DNA of 34,338 nucleotides from a virus. Taxonomy: Duplodnaviria > Caudoviricetes. Both the position numbers and the translations under genes were made by a program. Below are positions 26,372 through 34,338 of this stretch, piece after piece. Where the stretch lies: positions 1 to 34,338 of IMG/VR virus record IMGVR_UViG_3300037634_001606; one strand, 5' to 3'. The notes beneath the pieces are model-generated. The model had not been told where the DNA came from. It saw only the letters and a list, made by a program, of their open reading frames with translations, and did no database searches. Each line of letters begins with the position of its first letter. Position 1 is the first letter of the stretch.

Positions 26372-26812
26372 TTACGCCTCAGCAGCCCAGATGCCAGTAG
26401 AGTGAACAACAGTCCACTCGTTGGCCTCGAAGCATACCAGGGTTGCGGAATCGCCCTTGATTGCGGTTGCCTTAGTGTTGATAAGGTCTTTATTATCCAC
26501 ACCTCCCAGGTCAACTACACTTGCCGCCAGGGTGATAGTACCCCAAATACCGTCAGTTGCCGCAGGGGAAACAGTAATGATGTTGTTTCCATCCGCGCCG
26601 ATGTTGGTAAAAGAGAACGTCATCCCGACAACAGCTGTGGGCAGGGTGATGGTCTTGGCATCCGTACCGATACCAAAGTGTTTCCCAGCATCTGCCGCTG
26701 TCAGCGTTGTGTCGTCGTCCAGGATTTCGACTACCTTGCCAGTGGAGAAGTGTCCACCACGGGCTTCGCAATCGTGAAGGTCAGCGTACTGCATTTTAGT
26801 CTGTTGACTCAT
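26372..26812 (-). CDS. Putative capsid decoration/head-fibre protein
   Basis: Directly follows the major capsid gene with SD GGGAGG. It has the TLTAADAGK..TITLP..VGMTFSF motif. Confidence 0.6.
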   Translation of the reverse strand: MSQQTKMQYADLHDCEARGGHFSTGKVVEILDDDTTLTAADAGKHFGIGTDAKTITLPTAVVGMTFSFTNIGADGNNIITVSPAATDGIWGTITLAASVVDLGGVDNKDLINTKATAIKGDSATLVCFEANEWTVVHSTGIWAAEA

Positions 26813-26825
26813 GACTTAGCCTCCC

Positions 26826-28046
26826 TTAGGTTGAGCTCAGATTGCCAATGTAGCCACAGGTCAATCCAGCGTACCGGATTTCCAAGCCAGCTTCAGTAAT
26901 CCACTGGCCTTTTTCTGTGTCTTCATCGTTGCCCTGGATATTACTCTGGGACTTGGTGTCCATGAAGTGTCTCCAGATAAGAGCTGTGGGGTCAATGATA
27001 AAGGCGCTGTTGGTATACAGCGTGTTTCTGTTCATCAACGGGTGTGTACGCAGAAACAGCGTACCCTGAGGGAGAACGTACTTGCGTAAGTTCATGCCGT
27101 ACATCTTGACCGTTTCGGTGAAGTTGATTGTACCGGCCGCTGCAGCAATCTTGTTGATTTCATTCAAGAAACCATTGCCGCAGAAGACAATACGCTCGTC
27201 ACCGGCTTCCGTGTCAAAGTCAAAGACCTTGTACGTTGCGTCCAGGAAAGTGGACGTGGTCGCTGCCACGGAAAACACCGTCTGGTTTGCCGCAGGGATG
27301 AAAGACCGAAGGCCATTCATGGTACGAAGCGGCTTGCCATTAGTGCCAGTCGTTTCACTTCGCACACCAAACATCAGTGCGTGCTCAATGTCACGGCTGT
27401 GGTCGAACATTTTCCGCTTCTTGTCGTTCTTCAGCGGATCACCGGTGCGTGTACGGGTGCCTTTCGCTGTCCGGGTCAGTTCATACGATGTCTTGAAAAT
27501 CTGACAATAGTTGAAGAACTTCGTCGGGTTGCGTGAGGCTGCATCGGGGGACGGAGTACCTTCCGCAAACGCTGAGCCAATCTTCAGCAAGAAGCTGTTG
27601 TCGGCAAGCGTTGCGGCAGTCGTTCCAGCAAACCCTCGTGTTACAGAGAAGGTTGTGGAATTGACAACGTCGGTCACAATAACCAGTTCGTTGTCATAGG
27701 TTGCGGTCTCCGTTTTCTCGACCAAAAGAATGTCACCAGGAACCAGATGAGTTGCTAAGCCCCAGACATTACCAGGCGTAGAGGCACTCGGGTCGCTTGA
27801 GTCCACAACAACCGAAGTTGCTGCGGCGGTCAGCGCGCCGTTTACCCGCAGTCGGATAATATCATTGGCTTCGTCCCACCAGCTAAATTCAGGGTCATCC
27901 GTCGAATCACTCGAGGTTTTCCCCATAAGGGCTGTCATGGGAGCAGACCCATTCGGGTTCCGGAACAATATGAATTCGCGGAAGTTCTTGGGACGCTCGT
28001 CGGTCGCCCAATCACCTGTTCCGCGTAAACCTGCTACTGCTGTCAT
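26826..28046 (-). CDS. Major capsid protein (HK97 fold, SU10/DUF5309-like)
   Basis: 406 aa after the scaffold gene, with FSWWDE, NYCQIFK, DIEHALMFG, RTMNGL and KGQWITEAGLE. Confidence 0.88.
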   Translation of the reverse strand: MTAVAGLRGTGDWATDERPKNFREFILFRNPNGSAPMTALMGKTSSDSTDDPEFSWWDEANDIIRLRVNGALTAAATSVVVDSSDPSASTPGNVWGLATHLVPGDILLVEKTETATYDNELVIVTDVVNSTTFSVTRGFAGTTAATLADNSFLLKIGSAFAEGTPSPDAASRNPTKFFNYCQIFKTSYELTRTAKGTRTRTGDPLKNDKKRKMFDHSRDIEHALMFGVRSETTGTNGKPLRTMNGLRSFIPAANQTVFSVAATTSTFLDATYKVFDFDTEAGDERIVFCGNGFLNEINKIAAAAGTINFTETVKMYGMNLRKYVLPQGTLFLRTHPLMNRNTLYTNSAFIIDPTALIWRHFMDTKSQSNIQGNDEDTEKGQWITEAGLEIRYAGLTCGYIGNLSST

Positions 28047-28067
28047 AATGTTTTCTCCAGAATAAGT

Positions 28068-29027
28068 TTATGCGTCTTCTTCAGCTAAGCGCTCGAACTC
28101 ATTCGTGGATTGGGTTTGTACTGGTTTCCCGGCAGAACTCTTACTTGCAGCAGACTGACGAGGCTTTTCTTCACTCGGTGCCTCTTCAGCAAACGAGGCC
28201 GGCAGCTCAATCTTATGAGCTATCATAGCAGCAAGACCTACTTCGTTAATAACGGTCTGTTCATCCGCGCCCGGATTCGCCTGTCGATACAGCAAGGCCA
28301 ATCTTGTCGCAGTTGCCTGATACTCCGGCTTCTTGTTCAACTTAGGCCAGGTATTATAGAAATCCTTCCGAGCCTTCGCCGCTGTGTCCTGTGCAGTAGT
28401 TACATTCTGCAACATGGACGGTAAGTTTCTAGCCAGACCAGACAACACCCCTTCCAGAATGTTGACGTGCATCTTAGCCATACGTTGTGGTATATGCTTC
28501 TCAGGATTAGCCACAAGCTCCTGACCCTCTTCTTCAGACATGCCGTATGTTTCGGCGAGCTGAGTAACGGCGGTCTCTCTATCCTTTACTCTCTGCTCCT
28601 GAAGTTCCTCAGCACTTAGCTGTGGTGTTTCTTCTTCGGTCGGAAGTTCTTCGGGTGTCTCTTCCGATTCGTCGGTTTCAGTTGGCTTCTCGACTTCGTC
28701 TTTCTTCTCCGGCTCTTCCGTTTCTTCCTCCACTTTCCTGGATTCCTCATCCGTACTCGCTTCAGCTTCTTCTTCCGAACCTTCGGGAATAACTTCGTCT
28801 TCTTCCTCACTGGCTACCTGGACTTCCTCTGATGCGTCAACGTCGTCGAGCAAACCTTCGTTTGCCACAAAGTCTTCGCTGTCGTCGGTCATCTCTGAAA
28901 TGGTCGATTCTTCCTGACCATCAGTGGATACTTCACCCTCCGATGAGGTCGTCGATATCGTCGAGGTCTCCTCCGAGCCCTCTGAAGTCAACTCCTCCAG
29001 AACCTTGTGCTTCAATATCGTTCTCAT
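28068..29027 (-). CDS. Capsid scaffolding protein
   Basis: Very acidic low-complexity N-half and helical C-half, between portal and capsid. SD AAGGAG. Confidence 0.75.
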   Translation of the reverse strand: MRTILKHKVLEELTSEGSEETSTISTTSSEGEVSTDGQEESTISEMTDDSEDFVANEGLLDDVDASEEVQVASEEEDEVIPEGSEEEAEASTDEESRKVEEETEEPEKKDEVEKPTETDESEETPEELPTEEETPQLSAEELQEQRVKDRETAVTQLAETYGMSEEEGQELVANPEKHIPQRMAKMHVNILEGVLSGLARNLPSMLQNVTTAQDTAAKARKDFYNTWPKLNKKPEYQATATRLALLYRQANPGADEQTVINEVGLAAMIAHKIELPASFAEEAPSEEKPRQSAASKSSAGKPVQTQSTNEFERLAEEDA

Positions 29028-29346
29028 GGTTTTCTTTCTCCTTCGCTATATCTTCAAGTAAAAGTTTGATTCTCGTCTCCAACTCTTCCAAAGTATCCTC
29101 CGGAATATGTAGGAATAAAAGAATCCCGTTTGCCTGGTTCGCGTCTGAGCATTTAACAAAAGCATCGTCAACGCCCGTCCAGTCACCTGCAACAATTTCA
29201 TTCTGCCTTCGCTGAATCTGCTCCTTGGCAATACTAACTAACCGGACCCACCCCGGCGATTTCAGTAGGTCTCGGAGATCCTTCTGAGTTGCCCGAGCCG
29301 CCGCCAACGCTTGGGATGATGTTACTTCCTCCTGTTCCTCCAGCAT
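28933..29346 (-). CDS. Small helical protein between portal and scaffold
   Basis: ATG 29346 follows a perfect SD (AGGAGGT). It has an LLKSPGW motif and overlaps both neighbours. Confidence 0.7.
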   Translation of the reverse strand: MLEEQEEVTSSQALAAARATQKDLRDLLKSPGWVRLVSIAKEQIQRRQNEIVAGDWTGVDDAFVKCSDANQANGILLFLHIPEDTLEELETRIKLLLEDIAKEKENHENDIEAQGSGGVDFRGLGGDLDDIDDLIGG

Positions 29347-31210
29347 TTCCACCTCCTAACGCAACTACGTTGCCCGCACGAGCCTCGGCCTCAAGTACAC
29401 TATCTGGACGAACATTGATTTTGAAGCGGTTGATATTCTTCATCCCCGCCAACTGTGCTACCCATCCAAACATATCTACCCAGTCGTAAGCCCCTGCAAG
29501 CGTCTCGCTTTGCATTGCTTCGCGCATTAGGTCTCTCCATAGATTCGCCTGCGCAAACCGATCAACCGGTAGTGTTCCGTCCACCGGCACAAAGTCGAAG
29601 AAACCCTGGATTGCTTCAGGATTCACTTCTACAAACGGATGAGCCTGACCACGAACCTGGTCTCCAGCTATCCGGAACTGCCTTTCAAGTGACATGTACT
29701 GCTGGGTGTTCTGAGCCATTTGAGAACCGAGCGGCTCGAAGCCCATAGCAGACATATACTCAGTCGTTGTCTTCTGCCTTCCTGCACCAGCCCCGCCCGC
29801 TGTCCGAACCTCAGTAGCGGTCTTCCTTCCTCTCGGGTCAAGGACACCCATGATGTTATCACTGACACCCGATACCCGCTGGGCAAAGTCAATGACCACT
29901 AATACATCCCGCAGGTGCTGTTGCGTCACATCTGTAACCTGGAATTGCTGGGCTACAGACTTCAAATCTGTACCATAGGCACTAGGCTTCAGGCGAATTA
30001 GTTTCCCTGCAGCCGGGTCAAGCATATCTTTCATGACCACTTTACTTGGGTCAACAAGGAACATATCGTTCAAACACTTCCGAACATTATAGAAGTGACT
30101 GTTAAACAGCCAGCTAATAACATTGTTCAGCGGACGAATAACTTCCATCATGCTCCGATTGAACAGTGCATATCCGTCAATCTCGTACTCAATCAGCTCA
30201 AACGGGAACTTGTTATGGTAGCTGCCCATAGGACGAGCCCCGATTACAATCTTCTCGTTCGCTATCGTGAAGGCCCATTTCTCAGGAAACTCTGTGTTAC
30301 CCAGTCCCCAGTCCTTTGGCCTTAGCTCGATATAGCACTCGTCAATCTGGAACGTTTTTAGGTCCAGCATCTTCAACAGGTCTTCCTGGCCTTCAGAAGG
30401 TTGTTCTATCTTCGTCGCCCCTTCCTGGTTTCTCAGCGCACTCAAGCGTTCCTTCTCGAGTTGCTTAATGTTAAAGTACTCCTCCGCCTGTTCCCGCTCC
30501 CGAACGTCATTCCAGCTCAGCTCGGTTTCAATGATAACAAACTCACCATTTTGAAACTTAGCAAGGGTCTGTCTTGGGTCAGGAAAGAACTTCTGCGGCT
30601 TGACGTTGTATAGGTTATTCCCTTCATAACCACGAATACGGTCAACTACCTTCTTTCTCTTAAACTTTCCTTCCACTGGCAGACCCATAAAGGTCTCCTG
30701 AACATTCTCATACCGCGATACAACTTCGCTTTCTTCCTTCCAATCCACACCCAGGATACCAACACCGTACTTTCCCGCGTCCAGCAACCAGACATACAGC
30801 GGAACCATCATCTTGCCCATCAACCGCTGGTAGTCCATAACAGCTTCCAGTGCCTTAACCTGGTCATCTGCTTCACCGTGCCGACCAGCATATTGGAATA
30901 CTGGGTCACGTGACAGAAACACTGTCGACCAATAGCTTACTGCACTCATCAGAGTAGCGTATGCGTACGGAAGTTCAATGGTAGTATACTCCGGTTTCCC
31001 AGATTCTCTACTCGCCCTCCGCGCCGCGTCAACATCCCGCTCAGGCATGTACGCAATGAAGGATTCCTCGTCCTTCTTCCAGGTCGCGTAGCGTGTCTCC
31101 ATCTTATCCTTAGACAGTTTCTTACGCCTTTTGCACGCTTCGATAATATTATCGTGCAACGAACCTTTTCGCGTGTCGTGCGGAATTTTAAATGCTACTC
31201 TATTCGTCAT
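29234..31210 (-). CDS. Portal protein
   Basis: 658 aa after the terminase, with DAGKYGVGI, FFPDP, RVSGVSDNIMG..RKTATEV and a Gly-rich tail. Confidence 0.88.
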   Translation of the reverse strand: MTNRVAFKIPHDTRKGSLHDNIIEACKRRKKLSKDKMETRYATWKKDEESFIAYMPERDVDAARRASRESGKPEYTTIELPYAYATLMSAVSYWSTVFLSRDPVFQYAGRHGEADDQVKALEAVMDYQRLMGKMMVPLYVWLLDAGKYGVGILGVDWKEESEVVSRYENVQETFMGLPVEGKFKRKKVVDRIRGYEGNNLYNVKPQKFFPDPRQTLAKFQNGEFVIIETELSWNDVREREQAEEYFNIKQLEKERLSALRNQEGATKIEQPSEGQEDLLKMLDLKTFQIDECYIELRPKDWGLGNTEFPEKWAFTIANEKIVIGARPMGSYHNKFPFELIEYEIDGYALFNRSMMEVIRPLNNVISWLFNSHFYNVRKCLNDMFLVDPSKVVMKDMLDPAAGKLIRLKPSAYGTDLKSVAQQFQVTDVTQQHLRDVLVVIDFAQRVSGVSDNIMGVLDPRGRKTATEVRTAGGAGAGRQKTTTEYMSAMGFEPLGSQMAQNTQQYMSLERQFRIAGDQVRGQAHPFVEVNPEAIQGFFDFVPVDGTLPVDRFAQANLWRDLMREAMQSETLAGAYDWVDMFGWVAQLAGMKNINRFKINVRPDSVLEAEARAGNVVALGGGNAGGTGGSNIIPSVGGGSGNSEGSPRPTEIAGVGPVS

Positions 31211-32715
31211 TATGGTGCATTCCTAAAGTCGCCTAGAGGAGGAATCTCTTCTTCTTCTTGAAGAAATCCATCCATGTTGTAAATATCGCCAATTTCCCGC
31301 AGCTTTTTCATCGCTATAGCTACGGCGTTCACTACGTCGTCATGTGTCACATTCGGGTAGTCTTCAAACTGCTCTATAAACTCCGTGTGACCTGGACGAC
31401 AAAAGAAGTTCCGTTCCGTTGCAATCTCCGAGAAGCTCTGATTAATCAGTTGGTACTTCTTAACCTTGTCGTCAAAGCCCTCTACTCGGTAGTACTGTCC
31501 AGCCTGTTGCATGGCCTCTTCCATTAACCACTTCAAGGTAGCTTGATAGTTAGTCGTCTCAACTACTACCCTCTCCGGCGGATACTGCTGGGCCATGTTG
31601 AAGAAATTTGTTATCGTCCACTTCGGATTATGTCCTCTGTTCATAACATAGCCGAGTAGGTAGAATCTCTTCTGCCACCGCCGCACCGCCACGATGACCT
31701 CAAAGTCCTTTTTCTGGAGCCCACGCTGAACTTCAATATCCGTGGGCGGAGGGACCGGGTCAATCGCAATTACCGTAGTCCCTTCATCTGGCTGAATGTC
31801 ATAATATCTCAACCAATTCACTTTAAACAAACTTGTCTCGGGTGAGGTCAGTTTCGCCTCCTTTTCCCGAAGCCAGACATAGAGCTGATTCCGTCGAATA
31901 TATCCCTGTTTCGCTTTCAGCAGTTCTTCCGTTGTCCAGCGCTCTGGCCACTGACTCTCACTTTCCTTAGTAAACACCGATATTTTCATCGAATGCCACT
32001 CAGGGTCCAGATGACACATGTTTATCAAATCTTCCTTGTGGAGTCCAGTCTGCAACAATACCATCATTGCACTAGGATTTTCACTCGTAGGCACTAAGCA
32101 GTTATTAATTGCTCCAAAGAAAAGTTCACTAATCTTCTTTCTCTGGTCTGCCGTCGCCGTATTCTCCTCGTCGCACGGGTCATCGACAATTATCAAATCT
32201 GGACGATAGTCATCAATATTTACTCCACGTACCTGCCCAGTTAGCCCGTACGCAACTACGTTGATTACTATCGGGTTACCGTACTCGTCCTTAAACCCGT
32301 GATGTTTTATCTCTATCCATTCATCAGTCCACTTAGTTCCCTTCTCTAGATGGAAGGCTTTAGTCCATTTACTGTTAAATTCAATCTGCTTCTTCAACCA
32401 CCTAATAGTCTTAACGGCATGGTCTTGCCCCTTCCCGACTATCATTATAGTTCTACTTATCCCATACGCTATCCGCTTAGATGCAAAGACCCGCAGCTTA
32501 GTTGTCTTCGCCCCGTCGCGGAAAACCTCCGCCGCAAAATACCTATGCCCCGACTCCAAACCCTCATCCAAATGGAAGTGGAACTCAGGAGTCTTAGTTT
32601 TCATCGGAGCCGGGAAAAAGTTCCGAGCATAAAACTCCATGTCGTCTGCCGCTAGGTTACATATTTCACCAATCGACAGCTCAGTTGTATCTTGCGCTAC
32701 GGCCTCCATATCCAC
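31210..32715 (-). CDS. terL: Terminase large subunit
   Basis: Walker A-like FRDGAKTT, Walker B RPDLIIVDD, and RNase H-like nuclease motifs IAIDP and HDDVVNA. The start may be ATG 32709. Confidence 0.92.
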   Translation of the reverse strand: MDMEAVAQDTTELSIGEICNLAADDMEFYARNFFPAPMKTKTPEFHFHLDEGLESGHRYFAAEVFRDGAKTTKLRVFASKRIAYGISRTIMIVGKGQDHAVKTIRWLKKQIEFNSKWTKAFHLEKGTKWTDEWIEIKHHGFKDEYGNPIVINVVAYGLTGQVRGVNIDDYRPDLIIVDDPCDEENTATADQRKKISELFFGAINNCLVPTSENPSAMMVLLQTGLHKEDLINMCHLDPEWHSMKISVFTKESESQWPERWTTEELLKAKQGYIRRNQLYVWLREKEAKLTSPETSLFKVNWLRYYDIQPDEGTTVIAIDPVPPPTDIEVQRGLQKKDFEVIVAVRRWQKRFYLLGYVMNRGHNPKWTITNFFNMAQQYPPERVVVETTNYQATLKWLMEEAMQQAGQYYRVEGFDDKVKKYQLINQSFSEIATERNFFCRPGHTEFIEQFEDYPNVTHDDVVNAVAIAMKKLREIGDIYNMDGFLQEEEEIPPLGDFRNAP

Positions 32716-33188
32716 ACTCCAAATTCATTCGGCCGCGATATGTCAATCTTCTTACACAAGTTCGGTGGTTTCGAGCATACCGTACTTGGGTCGTACCATT
32801 TAACAACCTCCACCGTAGAAAAAGCCCAAAGGCTTTCCGGAGTATGGAATAACCGGGACACTACAGGCAGGTACAGATTGAACAGCTGATTCCACGCTGC
32901 GTTGGTGTGGTTGTACTTCACTTCCACTATCGTGATGATGCCCCGTTTGAGCTGGAATAACAACCCGTCTGGCTGGCACCAACGAACTTTCCAATCGTCT
33001 TCGAAAACTATCCAGGGACTTGGCAAGTATTCCTCTTGGTATCTCTCTTGCAATTCCAACTGAGCCTTCTGCTCGTACACCACCCCACGGCGTTTTGCCC
33101 CGCGCACCTGCTTCCGGTTCGAGGCAAACTGTGGTTCGTTGGTGAACTTGGCCCATTTTACTTCACCCGTGACTTGGCGTTTGCTCAA
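32697..33188 (-). CDS. PD-(D/E)xK-family nuclease
   Basis: YEQK...QPDGL...IVEVKY...QL..LY restriction-endonuclease-like motif. Confidence 0.7.
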   Translation of the reverse strand: MSKRQVTGEVKWAKFTNEPQFASNRKQVRGAKRRGVVYEQKAQLELQERYQEEYLPSPWIVFEDDWKVRWCQPDGLLFQLKRGIITIVEVKYNHTNAAWNQLFNLYLPVVSRLFHTPESLWAFSTVEVVKWYDPSTVCSKPPNLCKKIDISRPNEFGVWIWRP

Positions 33189-33732
33189 GTTGTTTAGTCT
33201 CCGATTCTTGAACGACAGTTACCCCTCGTGCTCTCTTCTGCACTCTGTCGCGAGCTTCACTTAATACTTCTGTTGGACATTCGAAGAAGTTATTCACTAC
33301 AACCCCACTACCGGCGTCCCCGCTTGCTCCAGGAAGGGCTGGCCGGGAAGGAGCGTACCCCAACCTAGCCAGCGATTTGTCCGCAAGGTCCACCAGTAAT
33401 CTTGGGTCTAGAGTTTCATCTTCGTCATCCTCCTCTAACAAATCATCAATTTTGTCCAAAGTTTTCTCGGCAACATTCATTGTCTTTTGAACGATACGTC
33501 CGGCCTGCTCAGTATTAACAGCATCACGCCGTCTCTGATACTCAGCCTTAAACATATCCGAGTTAATCACCGTGCTCAGATAGCTTCTACTATACCCAAT
33601 TTGCTCGGCAAGCTCTCCCAGGTTCTTCCCAGTATAGTGTGTCAGCATCCAGTCAATCATCTTGTGGTGCTGTTCGCCGAGCTTATCAATCGGTATAATC
33701 TCGTTCTCAGATTTTTGTGTGCCTTCTTTCAT
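33163..33732 (-). CDS. terS: Putative terminase small subunit (HTH)
   Basis: N-terminal HTH (LGELAEQIGYSRSYLSTVI), helical oligomerisation region and LARLGY. It is the first gene of the late operon. Confidence 0.65.
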   Translation of the reverse strand: MKEGTQKSENEIIPIDKLGEQHHKMIDWMLTHYTGKNLGELAEQIGYSRSYLSTVINSDMFKAEYQRRRDAVNTEQAGRIVQKTMNVAEKTLDKIDDLLEEDDEDETLDPRLLVDLADKSLARLGYAPSRPALPGASGDAGSGVVVNNFFECPTEVLSEARDRVQKRARGVTVVQESETKQLEQTPSHG

Positions 33733-33740
33733 CCCTTGTA

Positions 33741-33769
33741 ATCATATATTATCTTGATATCAATCGCAA
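33741..33769 (-). promoter_or_regulatory. Sigma70-like leftward promoter
   Basis: The minus strand reads TTGCGA-17 nt-TATGAT, 8 nt before the terS ATG. The spacer contains the palindrome TTGATATCAA. Confidence 0.5.
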
Positions 33770-33794
33770 GGATTTATGTGGGTTAATTCTGGGG

Positions 33795-33821
33795 CAAGAT
33801 AGTCATTTTATCTAGGGCGGG
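33795..33821 (-). repeat. Copy 3 of the dispersed element (CCCGCCCTAGATAAAATGACTATCTTG)
   Basis: 22/27 identity to 26319-26345, with the first 13 nt exact. Confidence 0.75.
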
Positions 33822-33957
33822 CTAGTAAAATCGCCACAGCGCCCCCGGCGGGTACACCGATGGTCTACCTACCCTGGATCATCCTACGCCCCGTGGTGGG
33901 CGACTCAGGCCGGATTTCGGGCGGTTTAAGGGGGCATTCTGCGTAGCAGGCGATATT

Positions 33958-33982
33958 CCCGCCCTAGTAATTCAGCCCAACT
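33958..33982 (+). repeat. Copy 4 (partial) of the dispersed element (CCCGCCCTAGTAATTCA...)
   Basis: Exact 10-nt core, and a 15/17 match to the reverse complement of 26335-26351. Confidence 0.65.
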
Positions 33983-34071
33983 CTGCGCGCCGAGAGAAGT
34001 GGTCACAGTGATGGACGTATAGGGCCACGGACGGGGGTGATGGGCCGGGTATGGTGGTGCAATGCAATAAC

Positions 34072-34100
34072 TTGACAGGGGATCGGGAATTTGTTAGCAT
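34072..34100 (+). promoter_or_regulatory. Strong sigma70-like rightward (probably early) promoter
   Basis: TTGACA-17 nt-TAGCAT with an extended -10 TGn. Confidence 0.75.
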
Positions 34101-34204
34101 GTAGTTATTGGAAGTTGTACCACATGGAAAGCGTATCCCGCTATCAATCGCGGGCTGACAGATACCGAAGTGATTCCCATTAACTATGATAAGGAGATAT
34201 TATC

Positions 34205-34338
34205 ATGCCTAAGAAAGAAAGTGGTGTCCTTGGTTTTTCCCCTGTACTTCAGTACCTTGCCAAAGAAGTTGGTAAGCTGGTTCGAGTAGATATGAACCAG
34301 ACAAAAGGAAAGGGAAAGGAAAGGGAAATTGTAGCTTT
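34205..34338 (+). CDS. Hypothetical protein, 5' part (runs off the window)
   Basis: SD AAGGAG at 34191-34196. MPKKESGVLGFSPVLQYLAKEVGKLVRVDM... stays open to the window end. Confidence 0.7.
   Translation, partial: MPKKESGVLGFSPVLQYLAKEVGKLVRVDMNQTKGKGKEREIVA

Larger units (their letters stand above)
1..34338. other. Partial genome of a podovirus-like tailed dsDNA bacteriophage (replication arm on +, virion/lysis arm on -)
   Basis: Terminase, portal, capsid, tail, lysis, RNR and PolA genes lie in two convergent, tightly packed operons with many TAATG/ATGA stop-start overlaps. No host housekeeping genes or integrase are seen. Confidence 0.96.

Noticed and set aside
34304-34328. AAAGGAAAGGG tandem purine repeat
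   Set aside because: Only two units, explained by Lys/Gly/Glu codons.
1-34338. CRISPR array, tRNA, integrase/att site, diversity-generating retroelement, RNA polymerase
   Set aside because: No regularly spaced repeats, cloverleaf, recombinase, reverse transcriptase, TR/VR pair or RNAP motif was found by eye.

Overview
This window is a 34-kb piece of a tailed dsDNA phage of podovirus-like architecture. Its host is probably Gram-negative, given the spanin-like lipoprotein. The left arm (+ strand, 66-8157) is a DNA-metabolism operon: a ParB-DNA methyltransferase fusion, a class II B12-dependent ribonucleotide reductase, a truncated Lar-like peptide, a family-A DNA polymerase, a Zn-ribbon protein, a DUF1937-like protein and a DUF3987-like AAA+ ATPase/helicase. 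The polymerase carries an N-terminal uracil-DNA-glycosylase domain and is split into two genes by an unrelated small ORF. The right arm (- strand, 33732 to 7985) is the late operon: terminase small subunit, PD-(D/E)xK nuclease, terminase large subunit, portal, scaffold, major capsid, fibre/decoration genes, tail proteins, lysis cassette, and ejection proteins including a 2150-aa polyvalent protein. A divergent control region sits at 33733-34204. The most notable observations are: (1) the split UDG-exo-PolA, whose catalytic half has Asp at the steric gate and His at position 762; (2) a dispersed ~27-33 bp CCCGCCCTAG element in the main intergenic gaps, oriented with downstream transcription; (3) a nested ~156-nt structured element next to terS. 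All family assignments come from motif recognition by eye; no database searches were run.
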